The notes beneath the pieces are model-generated. The model was not told where the DNA came from, made no database searches, and saw nothing but the letters and a program-made list of their open reading frames with translations. This document shows positions 1-10,961 of a stretch of 43,630 nucleotides of DNA, piece by piece. The DNA is from Rhizaria sp. SCN 62-66 (Eukaryota): NCBI GenBank assembly GCA_001724265.1, contig MEDY01000282.1, positions 1-43,630 on the forward strand. The letters run 5' to 3'. How positions within the stretch are numbered: the stretch's first letter is position 1; each line of letters opens with the position of its first letter. The translations under genes were made by a program, and so were the position numbers.

Positions 1-1728
1 CGGGGCCGGAGCCCGCGGCTGCGGCGGCTGCGGCGGCCTGCGCGGCGGCGACGGCAGCGGCGGCCGCGGGCGGCAGAGGCGTGCGCGCGCGCGCCCAACC
101 CTCGGCGAGACAGGGCGGCGAGCAGTAGAGCGTCTCGCGTGTGGGCAGCCCCGCGCGCACGCTCGGGAGACACTGCAGCGTGGCCGGCGCGTCGCAGCGC
201 ACGCACACGCGCCGCTCCGCGCGCAGCCACACCGCCGTCACCAGGGCGTCTGTCGGCGCCAGCGCCGCGGCAGCCAGCGCCGCCGCAGCCGCAGCGACGG
301 CCTGCGACTGCGACTGGGCTTGCGCTTGCGCGGGAGTCTCGTTGCTGTTGTTGTTGCTGTTGTTGTTCGCTGTGGTGTCGGCATCTGCGTCCGCGGTGGG
401 CGCGGGTGGGCGCAGGATGAGCTGGCGGCCGCGGTACGAGAGGCAGACGTAGGGGCGCAGGGGGCAGCCCACCACGGCGGGCTGCGCCGGCATCGACACC
501 AGGTCCAACACGGGCTGCTCCACGGCACCAAGGTCGCTCTCGCACTCGGTGGCGCTACTGACGCTGGCATTGACTGAGGCAGAGCCAGAGCTAGAGGTCG
601 CGGCGGCGGAAGCAGAGCCAGCCTTAGGGGAGCTGAGGCCAGCGGACGCAGCACTGCTGCTGTTGCTGTTGCTGTTGTTGCAGTCGTCATCGCCGTCCTT
701 GCCGGCCGCACTGTTCGCGCTCTTACTGCTGCTGTTACTGCTGCTGGGAGCGACGTGCGCGTTGAAGAGCGTCTCGAAGTCGCCCACGGTCACCACCGAG
801 GGGTGGATCACGGTGCCCGCGCACGTCGCGGCGGTCAGCGCGCGTAGTGGGGCCACGGCGCCCAGTGCGCCCGTCCCGGCCCCCGCGCCCGCGCCCGCGC
901 CCGCGCCAGTGCCGGGGCCGGTACCGGCGGAGTCCTGGGCGGCCGCGGCGGAGGCGGCGGCGGCCGCGGCGGCGGCGCGCGCGGCCTTGCGGCTGGACCC
1001 GCCGAACGCGCCCCCGGCCCCCGCAGCGGCCGCGGACGGCGTGGCGGCGGCGGCGGCGGCCGTGGACAGCGCGGAAAGAGCGGCGGCCGTGGCGGCGACC
1101 TGGAAGGGATAGATGAGCCCGGCGTCGAGCGCGCTGCGCCCGTGCGCGTGCCCCGCCAGTCCGCCGTCGGGGCACGACGAGTCCGCCGCAGCCGTGGCAG
1201 TGGCAGTGGCAGTGGCGGAGTCGGCGGCGTCGTCGGCCATGTCGGCGCCGTTCACGTTGACGGTGACGGTCACGGCGGCCGCGGAGACCGGCACCGGCGA
1301 GGAGACAGCAACCGGCTTATCAGAGCTGCCGGTACCGTCATCATTGTTGTTGTTGCTGCTGTTGCCGCTGGTGTTGCTGTTGCTGGTGTTGTTGGCGTTC
1401 GCCGCAGTGGCGCTGGTGCCGACGTCCGCGCTGTCGGCAGCGTCCCCGGGGGCCGGCGTGGGCGCGGGCGTCAGCGCGGGCGTCATCGCGGGCGTGTGCG
1501 CGGCCGTCGTCGTCGCTGTCGTCGTCGCTGTAGCCGCGCCCGCGTCGCGGCCGCCGAGCCCCAGCGCGAGCAGGTCGCAGCTGGCGCCCGTGCGCGTGGG
1601 CGGCGCCGCGCAGAAGACGCCCTGCGGCGCGTAGGGCGACCACCACGGGACCGGCGGCGCCTGCGGGGCGCTGCCGCCGCCACCACCACTGGAGCTGCTG
1701 CTCGAGCCGCCGCCGGCGCCCGCACTGC

Positions 1729-1761
<33 letters not shown>

Positions 1762-2057
1762 GGGCCTGGGCCTGGGCCTGCGCATGGGAAAGCGAGTGTG
1801 CGTGCGAGTGCGAATGCACGGGGGTCAGTCCGGGCGGCGGCAGCGGCGCCTGCTGCTGCTGCATCTGCTGCTGCTGGCCGTGGCCGCCGAGCCCGAGCCC
1901 GTGACCGTGGCCGTGCGAGGGCCCGTGCGGGTACGAGTAGGCGTACGGCAGCGCGGGGGGCGCGCTCGAGTAGGGGTAGTAGATTCCGTTGATCGTGTGG
2001 CCCAGCGGGCCGCTGCTATTGCCGCCGCCGCCGGCGCCGTTCGCGCTGGCGCCAGAA

Positions 2058-2089
<32 letters not shown>

Positions 2090-3853
2090 GGGCACCGGGT
2101 ATCCGCCGAAGCTGAATGCGCCGGCCGGGACGCCGCCCGCGGCGTTGGCGGCGCTGTTGGGGAAGAGAGCGAGCCCGGCGTGGGCGGCCGCGGCGTAGTC
2201 GGCGTACTCGCCGAAGCCCGCCGTGGCCGCCGCGGCAGAGCCGGGGCCGGAGGCGGCGTTGGCGTTGGACTGAGCAGCCGAGGGGCCGTAGGGATAGAGC
2301 CCACCGGGCCCGGGGCCGGGGCCGACGGAGGCACCGCCGCCCGCGCCGCCCGAGGCGCTGGCGGACACGGCCGAGGAGTAGCCGCGGCCGCCCGCCGCCG
2401 CCGGGGGCCCGTCGGTGTCGTAGATGGCGATGCGAGCGCCGGGCGCGGGCGGGGACTGCAGTCCGCCCCCGCCGGCGACGCCGGCGCCAGCGCTGCTGCC
2501 GCCGAGGCCGCCGCTGCCGCCGTGGCTGAGGCTGTGTCCGTGGTGTCCGTGACCGTGGCCAAGGCCGTGCAGCCCGTGGCCGTGGCTCGCGCTGGCCGCC
2601 GCGGACGCGCCTGCAGCGCTGAGGAGGCCCGGGTGCTGCGCCGCGCCGCCGCCGCCGCTGTTGGCGGAGCTGCCGGCGGCGCTGACGAGCCCGCTGTGGT
2701 GGTGCATGCTGTGGTGCGGGTGGTGCGGCATGCCCCCGCCCCCGCCCATAGTGAGCCCGCCCATGCCCATCGCACCCAGCGCTGGGCCGCCGTGGCCGCC
2801 GCCGTGCGCTAGCGCCCCGGGGTGCCCGTGGCCGCCGCCGTGGCCGTGCGCGGCGTGCCCCAGGTGGCCGTGGCCGCTGCCGCCGCCGCCGTGCACGTTG
2901 AGCCCCAGCCCGTGTCCGCCGTGCGCCGCCAGTGCGTGCGCGTGCGCATGCGGGTGCGCGTGCAGCGTGGGGTGCCCGTGCCCGCCGCCCGCGTGGGCGC
3001 CGCTGAGCGCGGCGAGTCCGCGGCCGTCGTGGTGGCCGAGGCCGTGGCCGTGGCCGAGGTGGCTCAGCCCGGTCCCGCCGGAGCCACCGGCCCCGGCCCC
3101 CGCCCCGCTATGCATGGCGACCAGGTGACCGTGTGCGCCGTGGCCGTGGCCGTGTGCCTGCGCATGGGCCTGTGCCTGGTACGAGGCGGAGCTGGCGAGC
3201 ATCGGCGCCGAGAGTGCGTACGGGTAGCCGACGTAGTAGGGCGAGTACATGTCGCTGCTGTTGCTGTTGTTGCTGTTGACGCCACCGGAGCCGCTGCTGT
3301 TGGCGGCGGCCGCGGCGGCCAGCAGGTGCGGCGGCAGCGACGGGCCCGCAGTGGCCGCGGCCCCGGGGCCGGCCGTCTGGCCCGAGCCGGCAGCAGAGGC
3401 GGCGGCGGAGGCTGAGGAGGGCGTGAAGGGCGTGGCCGTGGGCGTGAAGGCGGTGCTGGTAAGACTGGCCAGCCGCAGCGCCGCCAGAGACGACTGCTGC
3501 GAGCCCCCCGCCGCGGCTGCAGACGAGGAAGACGAAGACGAGGACGAGGACGACTGAGCTGCAGACGCAGAGGCCGAGGCTGAGGACGAGGCTAAGGACG
3601 AGGATGGGGTGGGCGATAGCGAGGGCAGCGGCGGCGACGGCGAGGGCACGAAGGGCGCCGCAGCGACCGTGAGCCCACCCGCAGCGGCCGCCAAGCCCGC
3701 GGCGGAGGCCGAGGACGGCAAGAACGGGGCCGCGGAGCCGTCGTAGACCGTGCCGCTGCGGCTCACGCTGGCGCTGCCAGGGGTCGAGGCAGCGGCTGAG
3801 CTGGGCACGAACGGGCGGCCGGGCACAAACACGCCCGCCATCGCGGGGCCCTG

Positions 3854-3908
<55 letters not shown>

Positions 3909-4366
3909 GCGGCGGCGGCGGCGGCGGCAGCTGCGGAGGACGAGGAGGATGAGGCTCCGTGGCCGCGGCGGCCGGAGGCGGCGCCGGCGACCGCGCCCAG
4001 CGCCGTGCCGGAGGGCGTAAAGGCCAGCGCAGTCGGCGTCAGCACCGAGACAGGGGTGCTCGAGCCCGCACCAGCGGCAGCACTCGCACCGGAGCCAGCG
4101 CCAGCGCCAGTGAGCGATCCAGGATTAGCGGAGGAGCTAGAGCCGGCCGGTGCGTGCGAGGATGAAGACGAGGCCGAAACCGAGAGCGAGGTGCTGGATT
4201 GGAGAACCAGGCGGCTGGCAGGGACGCCCGCGGAAGCTGCGCCGGCGGCGTTGGCGGCGCTAGCGGCTGCCGCGGCAGCGGCGGTCGGGGAGGTGACACT
4301 GTGGGAGGCACCGCCGCCGCCGCGCGCGTGTGTGCGGTGGGAATGTGAGTTGGTGTGTGAGTGCAT
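1..4366 (-). CDS. 3'-partial gene (>1450 aa): long low-complexity N-terminus, then a plant-type CCR4a/b (CNOT6-family deadenylase) N-terminal module with a MYND-like/zf-C6H2 finger; any EEP nuclease domain would lie beyond the left edge
   Basis: ATG at 4366..4364 (MHSHTNSHSHR...), with an in-frame TAA upstream near 4565. The frame is absent from the ORF track, consistent with it running off the window without a stop (segments spot-checked by hand). Around 520..85 it reads VLDLVSMPAQPAVVGCPLRPYVCLSYRG...VTAVWLRAERRVCVRCDAPATLQCLPSVRAGLPTRETLYCSPPCLAEGW. This matches my recollection of the plant CCR4-1/2 N-terminus (PIVGCELTPYV ... ATLQCLGC ... YHCSxKCFSDAW). Confidence 0.7.
3855..3935. repeat. 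(GCA)n(GCG)n trinucleotide tract encoding about 27 consecutive Ala in the minus-strand gene
   Basis: Directly visible gcagcagca... run followed by gcggcg... Confidence 0.9.
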
Positions 4367-5190
4367 AAGTTGCAGGGGCGCAGGAGCGCCAATGGCACCG
4401 CGGTGAGCGGTGGTGAAGGTTGCCGAAAGAAAAGGAGTGCGGGAAGTCAAGGGATAGAGACAGGACCAGGCCGTTGGATGCTGGTGCTGACTGGCCGAAA
4501 AGGGGGCGACAAAAGAAGGGGTAGATGAGCGTGTGGCCGACGCAGGCACAATAAAGAAGCAAATTTAAACATATAAAGTTACGACATTTGTCCCGCACAG
4601 ACAGATACAGCACGGCGCTCCTAACGGGGGGTTGATATGATCGAAATAAGCGGCGTGCGCGGACTGCGCACCGCACCCCTTCAGAAGCGGCCCAATAGCT
4701 CGAGGTCTCCAACATCAAGCGGACTGCAACAGGTGCAGCACTCTCCGTAATGACGCAAACTACGTCAATTTTAAACCGTGACGCAAAAGACGGAACTTCA
4801 GACGTACAAGAGTCAACGGCGTGGCCGCAGCAGGGGGCGTTGTGATACTCTCTCGCCTTCCAGCTTTTTCGCGAACCGCTCCTCGGTCCAAGCATGACTG
4901 ACGGCCGACTTCGACCACAAACGGATGCATGTTAGGACACGTCAGCATATTGCAGAGCTGGACCGCAAACAAGCTAAAATTTCACATTCTGTGATTTAAC
5001 ACACAGTACTCGAATTGTATTTCTTTTTATCTTTTCACAGATGCTTTATACATGCGTGTCCACTTCATTCAAGTCTTCTCTCTTATCAGTCCTTTGATCC
5101 TCTCGCCTCTCATCCCCCTTCAGCAGTCAAGAGACGCTCCATTCTCGCATTTTCTTGTTTGTAGTCGTCCACACAGTGAACGCCTTAGCA
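4367..5190. promoter_or_regulatory. Divergent intergenic region, probably the 5' UTRs and a bidirectional promoter for genes 1 and 2
   Basis: Head-to-head ATGs at 4366 (-) and 5191 (+), with GC content dropping sharply between them. No specific motif identified. Confidence 0.4.
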
Positions 5191-8100
5191 ATGCCACTTC
5201 GGGGCGCGCGTTTTATGCGCTCTGCAGCTGTGCGCCTGACGCTGCTAGCCGCTGCGCTTGTGTTCGTTGTCACACTCGTTGCAGACCGCACTGTAGCAGC
5301 CCACAGCTCTTCTGCGCCCGCGCGGTACGACGGCCACGGTGTGCACAAGAAGCATGGTCACAACGTTGGCAACACGTACGAGTCGCTCCCGAGCCTCCAC
5401 GACGACGACGACGACGATGACGACGATACTTTGTACGACTACGAAAGTCATATAAATGGTAACACAGGTCACAAGGATCGAAATCAGGCGCGTAAGGACC
5501 GCAAGCGCGAGCGCAAGCTCCAGCACAAGCAGGCCAAGAAAGGCCACGGCGGCAAGAAGCAGCGCCGCCACAATAATCGTGACACCGCCTCTGACCTGGC
5601 GCGCATGTCCAGGCGTTACGGCGTGAGCGCGTCGGACATCGTGGCGGCCCGCGCCGAGCTCGAGTCTCTGCGGGCCGCGCTTAGGGCCAGCGACGCCGCG
5701 CGCGCGGAGGCCTCCGAGGCCGCGGCCACGCTCGACGCCGAGCGCAGGCGCGCCGCCGCGAACGGAGAGCTCATGCGCGCGGCCGAGGCCGCCGTCGTGG
5801 CCGAAACACGCGCCGCGGTCGAGCAGGCGCGCGACCAGGCCGGCGCCCGCGCGCGCGAGACTGCCGTCCAGGCCGAGCGCGCCGCGGCGGTGGCTGCGCA
5901 AGCCGACCGCGACGCTGCGACCGCCCAGGCGGAACGCGCGCGCCTGCAGAAGGCCAGCGAGGACGCGCGAGCGCAGGCCAAGGCTGCGGCGGAGAGGGCG
6001 CGCGAGGCCGCCAAGGTCAAGGCCGGCCGGAAGGACGCGATGCGGACCGCCGTGGCCGCAGCCAGCTCCGCGCGGTCCGCCCTAGAAGCGGTTCGGATTG
6101 AGGCTGAGGCCGCCGGCGCTGGCGCTGGCGCTGAGACCGCGAGCGTCGAGACCGTGGCCGCTCCGCAGCGGGCGTGGTAGCGCGCGGAGAAAGCCAAACG
6201 CACCGCTGGGAAGCTGTATGACGAGGCGTTTCGAGAGGTCGACAAGCGGCGTCAGGAGGCGGAGGCCGCGGCGGCTACGGCGGCTGCGGCGGAAAAGACT
6301 GAGGCGCGGGCGGCCGCAGCTGAGGCCGCGGCCAAGGCAGAGCGCGAACGAGCTGTCGCGGCCGCGGCCGCCGCGGAAAAGACCCGGGCTGCTTCGGCAG
6401 CAGAGGCTGCAGCTGCCAAGGCTAATGCTGAGGCTAAAGCAGCGGCTGAAGCCAAGTCTGCTGCTAAGACCACATTTAACGCTCATGCGGACGCTATTGA
6501 GGCCCCCGGGCCCGGAGCCAGCGGCGGCGGCGTCTGGCGCTGGCTGCCCGCTGGCATCGCGCTGGCCTGGGACCACGTCTTTGACTGGGACGCGCGGTGG
6601 GGCGCCGACTCGGGCTGGGACTGGGACTGGGGGCTCGGCGCGAGACCGGCCGCCGGCTGGCTGGCGTCCGCTGCGGGCCTGTTGACGCTCGCTGCGTGCG
6701 TGTTCACGATCGTCGCGGGCGTGGGGGCGCTCTTTACGGGCACGGCCACAAAGGCTGCTGCTGTCAAGCCGGCTGACATTGTTGCCGCGAATGACGCCCA
6801 GGCGCAAGCGCAGTCGCGCTCAGATGCTCTTGACTCAGAGGCTTCAGAGGAGTCAGCGTCCGAGCCTGAGGCTGATGGCGGCAGTGAGATGGAGACTTGC
6901 GTTGAGTCCGACGAGGACACTGACGAAGGCAACAGCAACAGCCGCCTCAATGGTACCATTGATGGCAGCAGCAAAGTCAACGGAGGTGAACGCAAGGATG
7001 AGCGCCGGCCTGTGGCTAAGACTGCTGCTGAGACTGCCGATGAGAGTGAGGATGGGGACGTGGATGACTTGGGCGCCGAGCGGGATAATGGACGCGAGTG
7101 GGAGTGGGAAATCGTCACAGACGACAACGCTCACGACCAAAACAGCGTGAATCGAGCAGACGACAATGTCTCTGTCAGTGACGTTGAGGGCGCTGTGTCT
7201 TCACGGACGCGTGACTGCAACAACGAGAGCAGCGAGGGCAACAACAACAGCAGCAGCTGCAACAACTGTAGCAGCATCAGCGTGAGCAGCAGCATTGTCG
7301 TTCCCAATGGCAGCGGCAGTGGCTGCAGTCGCGCGCACGCGTCCAAGCCGGAGTCCGAGTCCGACGCCGCCGCTAATCAGGCTGACTTAGCCGAGAGCAG
7401 CGCAGCTCGGAGCGGTAGTGACGCTGCTGCTTCGCAGTCTGCCGCTGCTTCCGAGTCTGGCTCTGCGATCTAGAGCAAACCAGCGCCATAGGCGAAACCA
7501 GAGCTCGACGATCCGCCTCTAGTTGCTCCTTCTGCCAGTCCGCGGCCGGACATGCTCCCCGAAGACTGCGATGCCGTCGACGCTATCGACGCTCACAGTC
7601 GTCATGACGACCGTGTAAGTGACCCTGAGCGCAACAGTCAGAACGCTCTCGTCCCTGTGTCGGCCCCCGTTACGGTGGCGACCCACGCTGTCGTCGCTGT
7701 GTCAAGCGACAACTCTCTGCAACTCAGTGGCAGCAGCAATGCCAACAACAAGAGTAGTCGCGGCGGAAACAGCGCTGCGCCCGACATTAACCTCAATATC
7801 AGCGTTAGCATTAATGGGTTAAACAGCAACAACGGCGGCTCTGCCTTGCCGCGGCGGCGCAACGACCAACTCTCCGCCCGCCAGAACCGCGTCGTTCGGA
7901 GCTCACTGCGCTCGCCTCGGGCGCGCAACCAGCTCAGCAGTAGCAATGACATGGCCCTGAGGCAGGACCTTCGTGTGCTTGCGCCTGTTCATGAGAATCA
8001 TCGAAAATTTCAAAGCTTTGGGTTATGGTTGTGCTACCTCGCCGTGTGCTTCCTGATGCTGGCGGCTCTGTGGACCGCGTTAGCGCACTGGATAAATCAC

Positions 8101-9447
8101 ACCGACGCCATATACGCCGATGCGGACCGCGTTCTGAGCGAGCTGGAACCGGAGGGCTGCGAGCCTCGCGCGCAGCTCGTGCAGATTCATCGCCAGTACG
8201 ACGAGATGTCGGCGACTGCAGACCGCGAGCAGAGCGAAGACGATGCGCGTTGGAGTGAGCGCTGTGCCAACAGTGCCGTTTATAACTCCGATTTCACTTT
8301 AGAGGACGATGTGGACGCCGTCCACGCGCGCTTTGGCGGGCTGACCGACGAGAACGTCGCAGCTGCGGTGGCCGAAGCGTCAGCGGTGCGCTCGCTTGCC
8401 AGCGACTGCGCACAGTACAGGCAACGCACGGCTAAGCGCTTCGCCGCCGCAACCGAGAGGATTGACGCTTTGGCTCGCGCGAAGGCCACTGCAAAGCGCA
8501 TCACTGACGGCAAGGCGGACGCGGAAGAGCTCTGGGGCTGGCTTCGCGGCAAGCTCGGCGTTGGCAGTTCCGAGTACAAACGCGAGAGGGCCTGCGTGCG
8601 GTGGCGCAAGGCGAAAGATACCCGGCAGAAATCGCGCTTTCAGCTAGGTTCGTTGACTGGCTCACTGTCCGCGGCCTGGTTTGATGTGCTTGTGCAGGCG
8701 CGCGAAAGTCTGGGGTTCTGGGGGTCGTTTGTCTGGTTGCTAATTAGCGTTTCGCTGCTCTTCCCGCTTGTGCTGCTGCTTAAGATTATGTGCACCTTGG
8801 GGCTCTGCAATACGCGTGCCGCGCACAGTCAGGCTCCTCATGCTCCTCCTCGGATTCAGAGTGCCAATCAGGACCAGAAGCAAGATCGTCGGCGGCGAAT
8901 CCAGCAAGACCAGCAGTTGCAACAGCAACAGCAACAGCAAGCACAGTAGCCTCGGTAGAGTGCTTCAGTGTCTTACTCTGCAGCCCACTCTGGTTAGTTC
9001 TTTGCTCCGAGTCGCGCGCAGTGCCAGTCCTCCTCTATCCGCGCGTCAGACAGCGCCAACGACAGTGACCGTTGTCGTGACAGCAATGGCCGCGACCGTG
9101 GGTACACGTGGTGCTGTTGCGTCGCCAGGTCGGGCCTGTGCGCCGCCATGTGCCTCCCTTGCTCCCTGTGCGGCGCCGTCCTGCTGCTCGCGGCTGCCTC
9201 GCTCCGGACCAGCTCCGCACTGCTCAAGGCGGGACTCACGGTCACGGGCGCCGTACTGGGCGCGGCGACCGCGGCGACGGCAGCGCTGACTCTGTGCGGC
9301 TGCCCGCTACTGTTCCCGCTCCTGCTATTGTTGCACGGCATGAAGCTTGTGCTCGGCGCGGGCGGGTGCGTTGTCGCAGTGACCGCGGGCGCCGTCGCAG
9401 TGGCCTTTGACAAGTCAGGTCGGGCACTCACGCGGGCGCGTGGGTAA
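5191..9447 (+). CDS. Intronless 1418-aa orphan membrane protein containing six in-frame TAG codons: signal peptide/anchor, coiled coil, Trp-rich segment, several TM helices, acidic linker, polyQ, Cys-rich hydrophobic C-terminus
   Basis: ORFs 5155..6180, 6682..7473, 7552..8949 and 9148..9447 share one frame. The gaps translate without TAA/TGA and are broken only by TAG at 6178, 7471, 7489, 8947, 8956 and 8995. The Ala/Glu/Lys coiled coil runs straight across TAG 6178 (QRAW*RAEKAKRTAGKLYDEAFREVDKRRQEAEAAA). The frame ends at TAA 9445..9447, shortly before AT-rich spacer begins. Confidence 0.75.
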
Positions 9448-10961
9448 CCAGCTGACACTGTGCGTGTGGGGGTGGGGGACCGATTGAAACGTTATATAGT
9501 TGAACCCCAGGCAGTGATACAAATTTTCCATTGACTGGCTGGGGTGGAATTGACTTAGACAAGAAAGATACTTCGTGAGCTGTGAGCTAATCCGCGATCA
9601 ACCTCTTGAGATGCATAATACATGCTATATGTAAAACGAAGTTGAAATGAAATTTATGACACTTATTTAAATAATAAAATTTATGTTTTATACTCTATCA
9701 TTGCAAAAAAAAAAAAGAAGAAGTTATTGTCACATAAAGGAGTTGCTGTTCCAAGCAGTGTTTTAAGGTGTTGGACCGAAAAAAGCTCTAGCAGCGATTT
9801 GCAATGGCTATGCGGAGGCTATATCCGTCATTTAAAACCCTTAAATGAAAAAGAGCTGGATGGATACAAAATCATTGTTGAGACATAGTTTATTTCTTTT
9901 ATAAATTCAAGAAGGACTCGAACTTAATGTTGTATGATCCGAAAACGAGAGTAGCTAGCCCAAGCTGGGAGAACGGTCTGGAACCTGAGGACGTTGATAT
10001 TCATGGACTTTTCGTCGTAAGAAATAGATTAATAAGAAATACAAGTAAGTTATCGGATAATATAAATACTGTTTGGCCATAATAAAGCGCTTAAACACGC
10101 ATATCACATATACCTAAGACATTTTAACTTCTTGAGATGGGCATGATCTGGCGATGGACTCGGCTAGAGACTAGGGTAAACTTACCGCGGCAATACCTTC
10201 GTCAACCAACATCAACTGTGTGCCAGGCACGTTTTGGAAGGGGTTATAATGACTGTTTTGTACTCTTTGACAATCCTTGAGGTTGTTCAGTGTAATTTTT
10301 GGTGGATGTCGGCAACTTTTGCCAAAGCAGGTCACTTGCGGTCAACCTCCCTTTGCTTTGCATCGAACTCGTCGGCAGTCTCATAGGCGGACGATCCGTG
10401 CATCAATGTGCTGCCTACAGTTTAATCTTGATGTCTACAACGTGCACGAAAGTGCGGCTGAGCACAATCACGCGAAACATGTCCGAAAATGTCAATTCTG
10501 GTACTTTAGCCTCTCACCAGACGCATCGAGGCCGTCGACAGCACCGCCCGCGGGGCGATCAAAAGCCTGATCACAGGGTTGAATATACTCGTGTTCGCGG
10601 TCGCAAAGTTGTTTTAGTGATAGAATAGCTTATAGAAAGCGCATTGGTAAAGGTTGTGAGAGATAGATACGCTTGTGAAGCCAAGTTTTGAGTCTCGCAG
10701 AATCCAGCGCGAAGTTAAGCCGCAATTTTTGTCATCGAGCGAAGTCGAAAGTTGAGTGTGCTCGGACACACTTTCGTCAAGTCATACGCTCTGGGAAATC
10801 GCCGTATGCGCGCCGTTGTTGTTATTTTGGCTCGAATAATGGGTGTCATTTTGTCAAATTGTTCTCACGCGACTCTGTCTTTGCCGTTTTACTCGTGTGC
10901 CTGCCTTTCTTTTTAGCCTCGTGTAGCGTCTCCCTCAGTTGAGGCGTTGTCTACCCCGACA

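Noticed and set aside
139-4406. Many plus-strand ORFs, e.g. 1142..2812 (556 aa) and 3750..4406
   Set aside because: Antisense shadows of the minus-strand gene. GC-rich trinucleotide-repeat coding DNA lacks stops in other frames. The same applies to the alternative-frame ORFs inside all the long genes.
8020-8810. Brr6/Brl1-like TM-Cys loop-TM domain in gene 2
   Set aside because: Only superficial: the Cys spacing does not fit and the loop is too long. It would need a profile search.
6178-8997. Pyrrolysine, or Trp via A-to-I editing, as the meaning of the TAGs
   Set aside because: Pyrrolysine is not known in eukaryotes and no pyl genes are present here. Trp fits poorly in polyQ and Pro/Ser linkers. 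Editing is kept only as a minor alternative.
5155-9447. Four separate genes, or an ordinary pseudogene, as the ORF track implies
   Set aside because: Same frame, no AT-rich spacers or obvious introns between the pieces, and all six breaks are TAG. Random decay should also give TGA, TAA or frameshifts. A pseudogene is disfavoured but not formally excluded.
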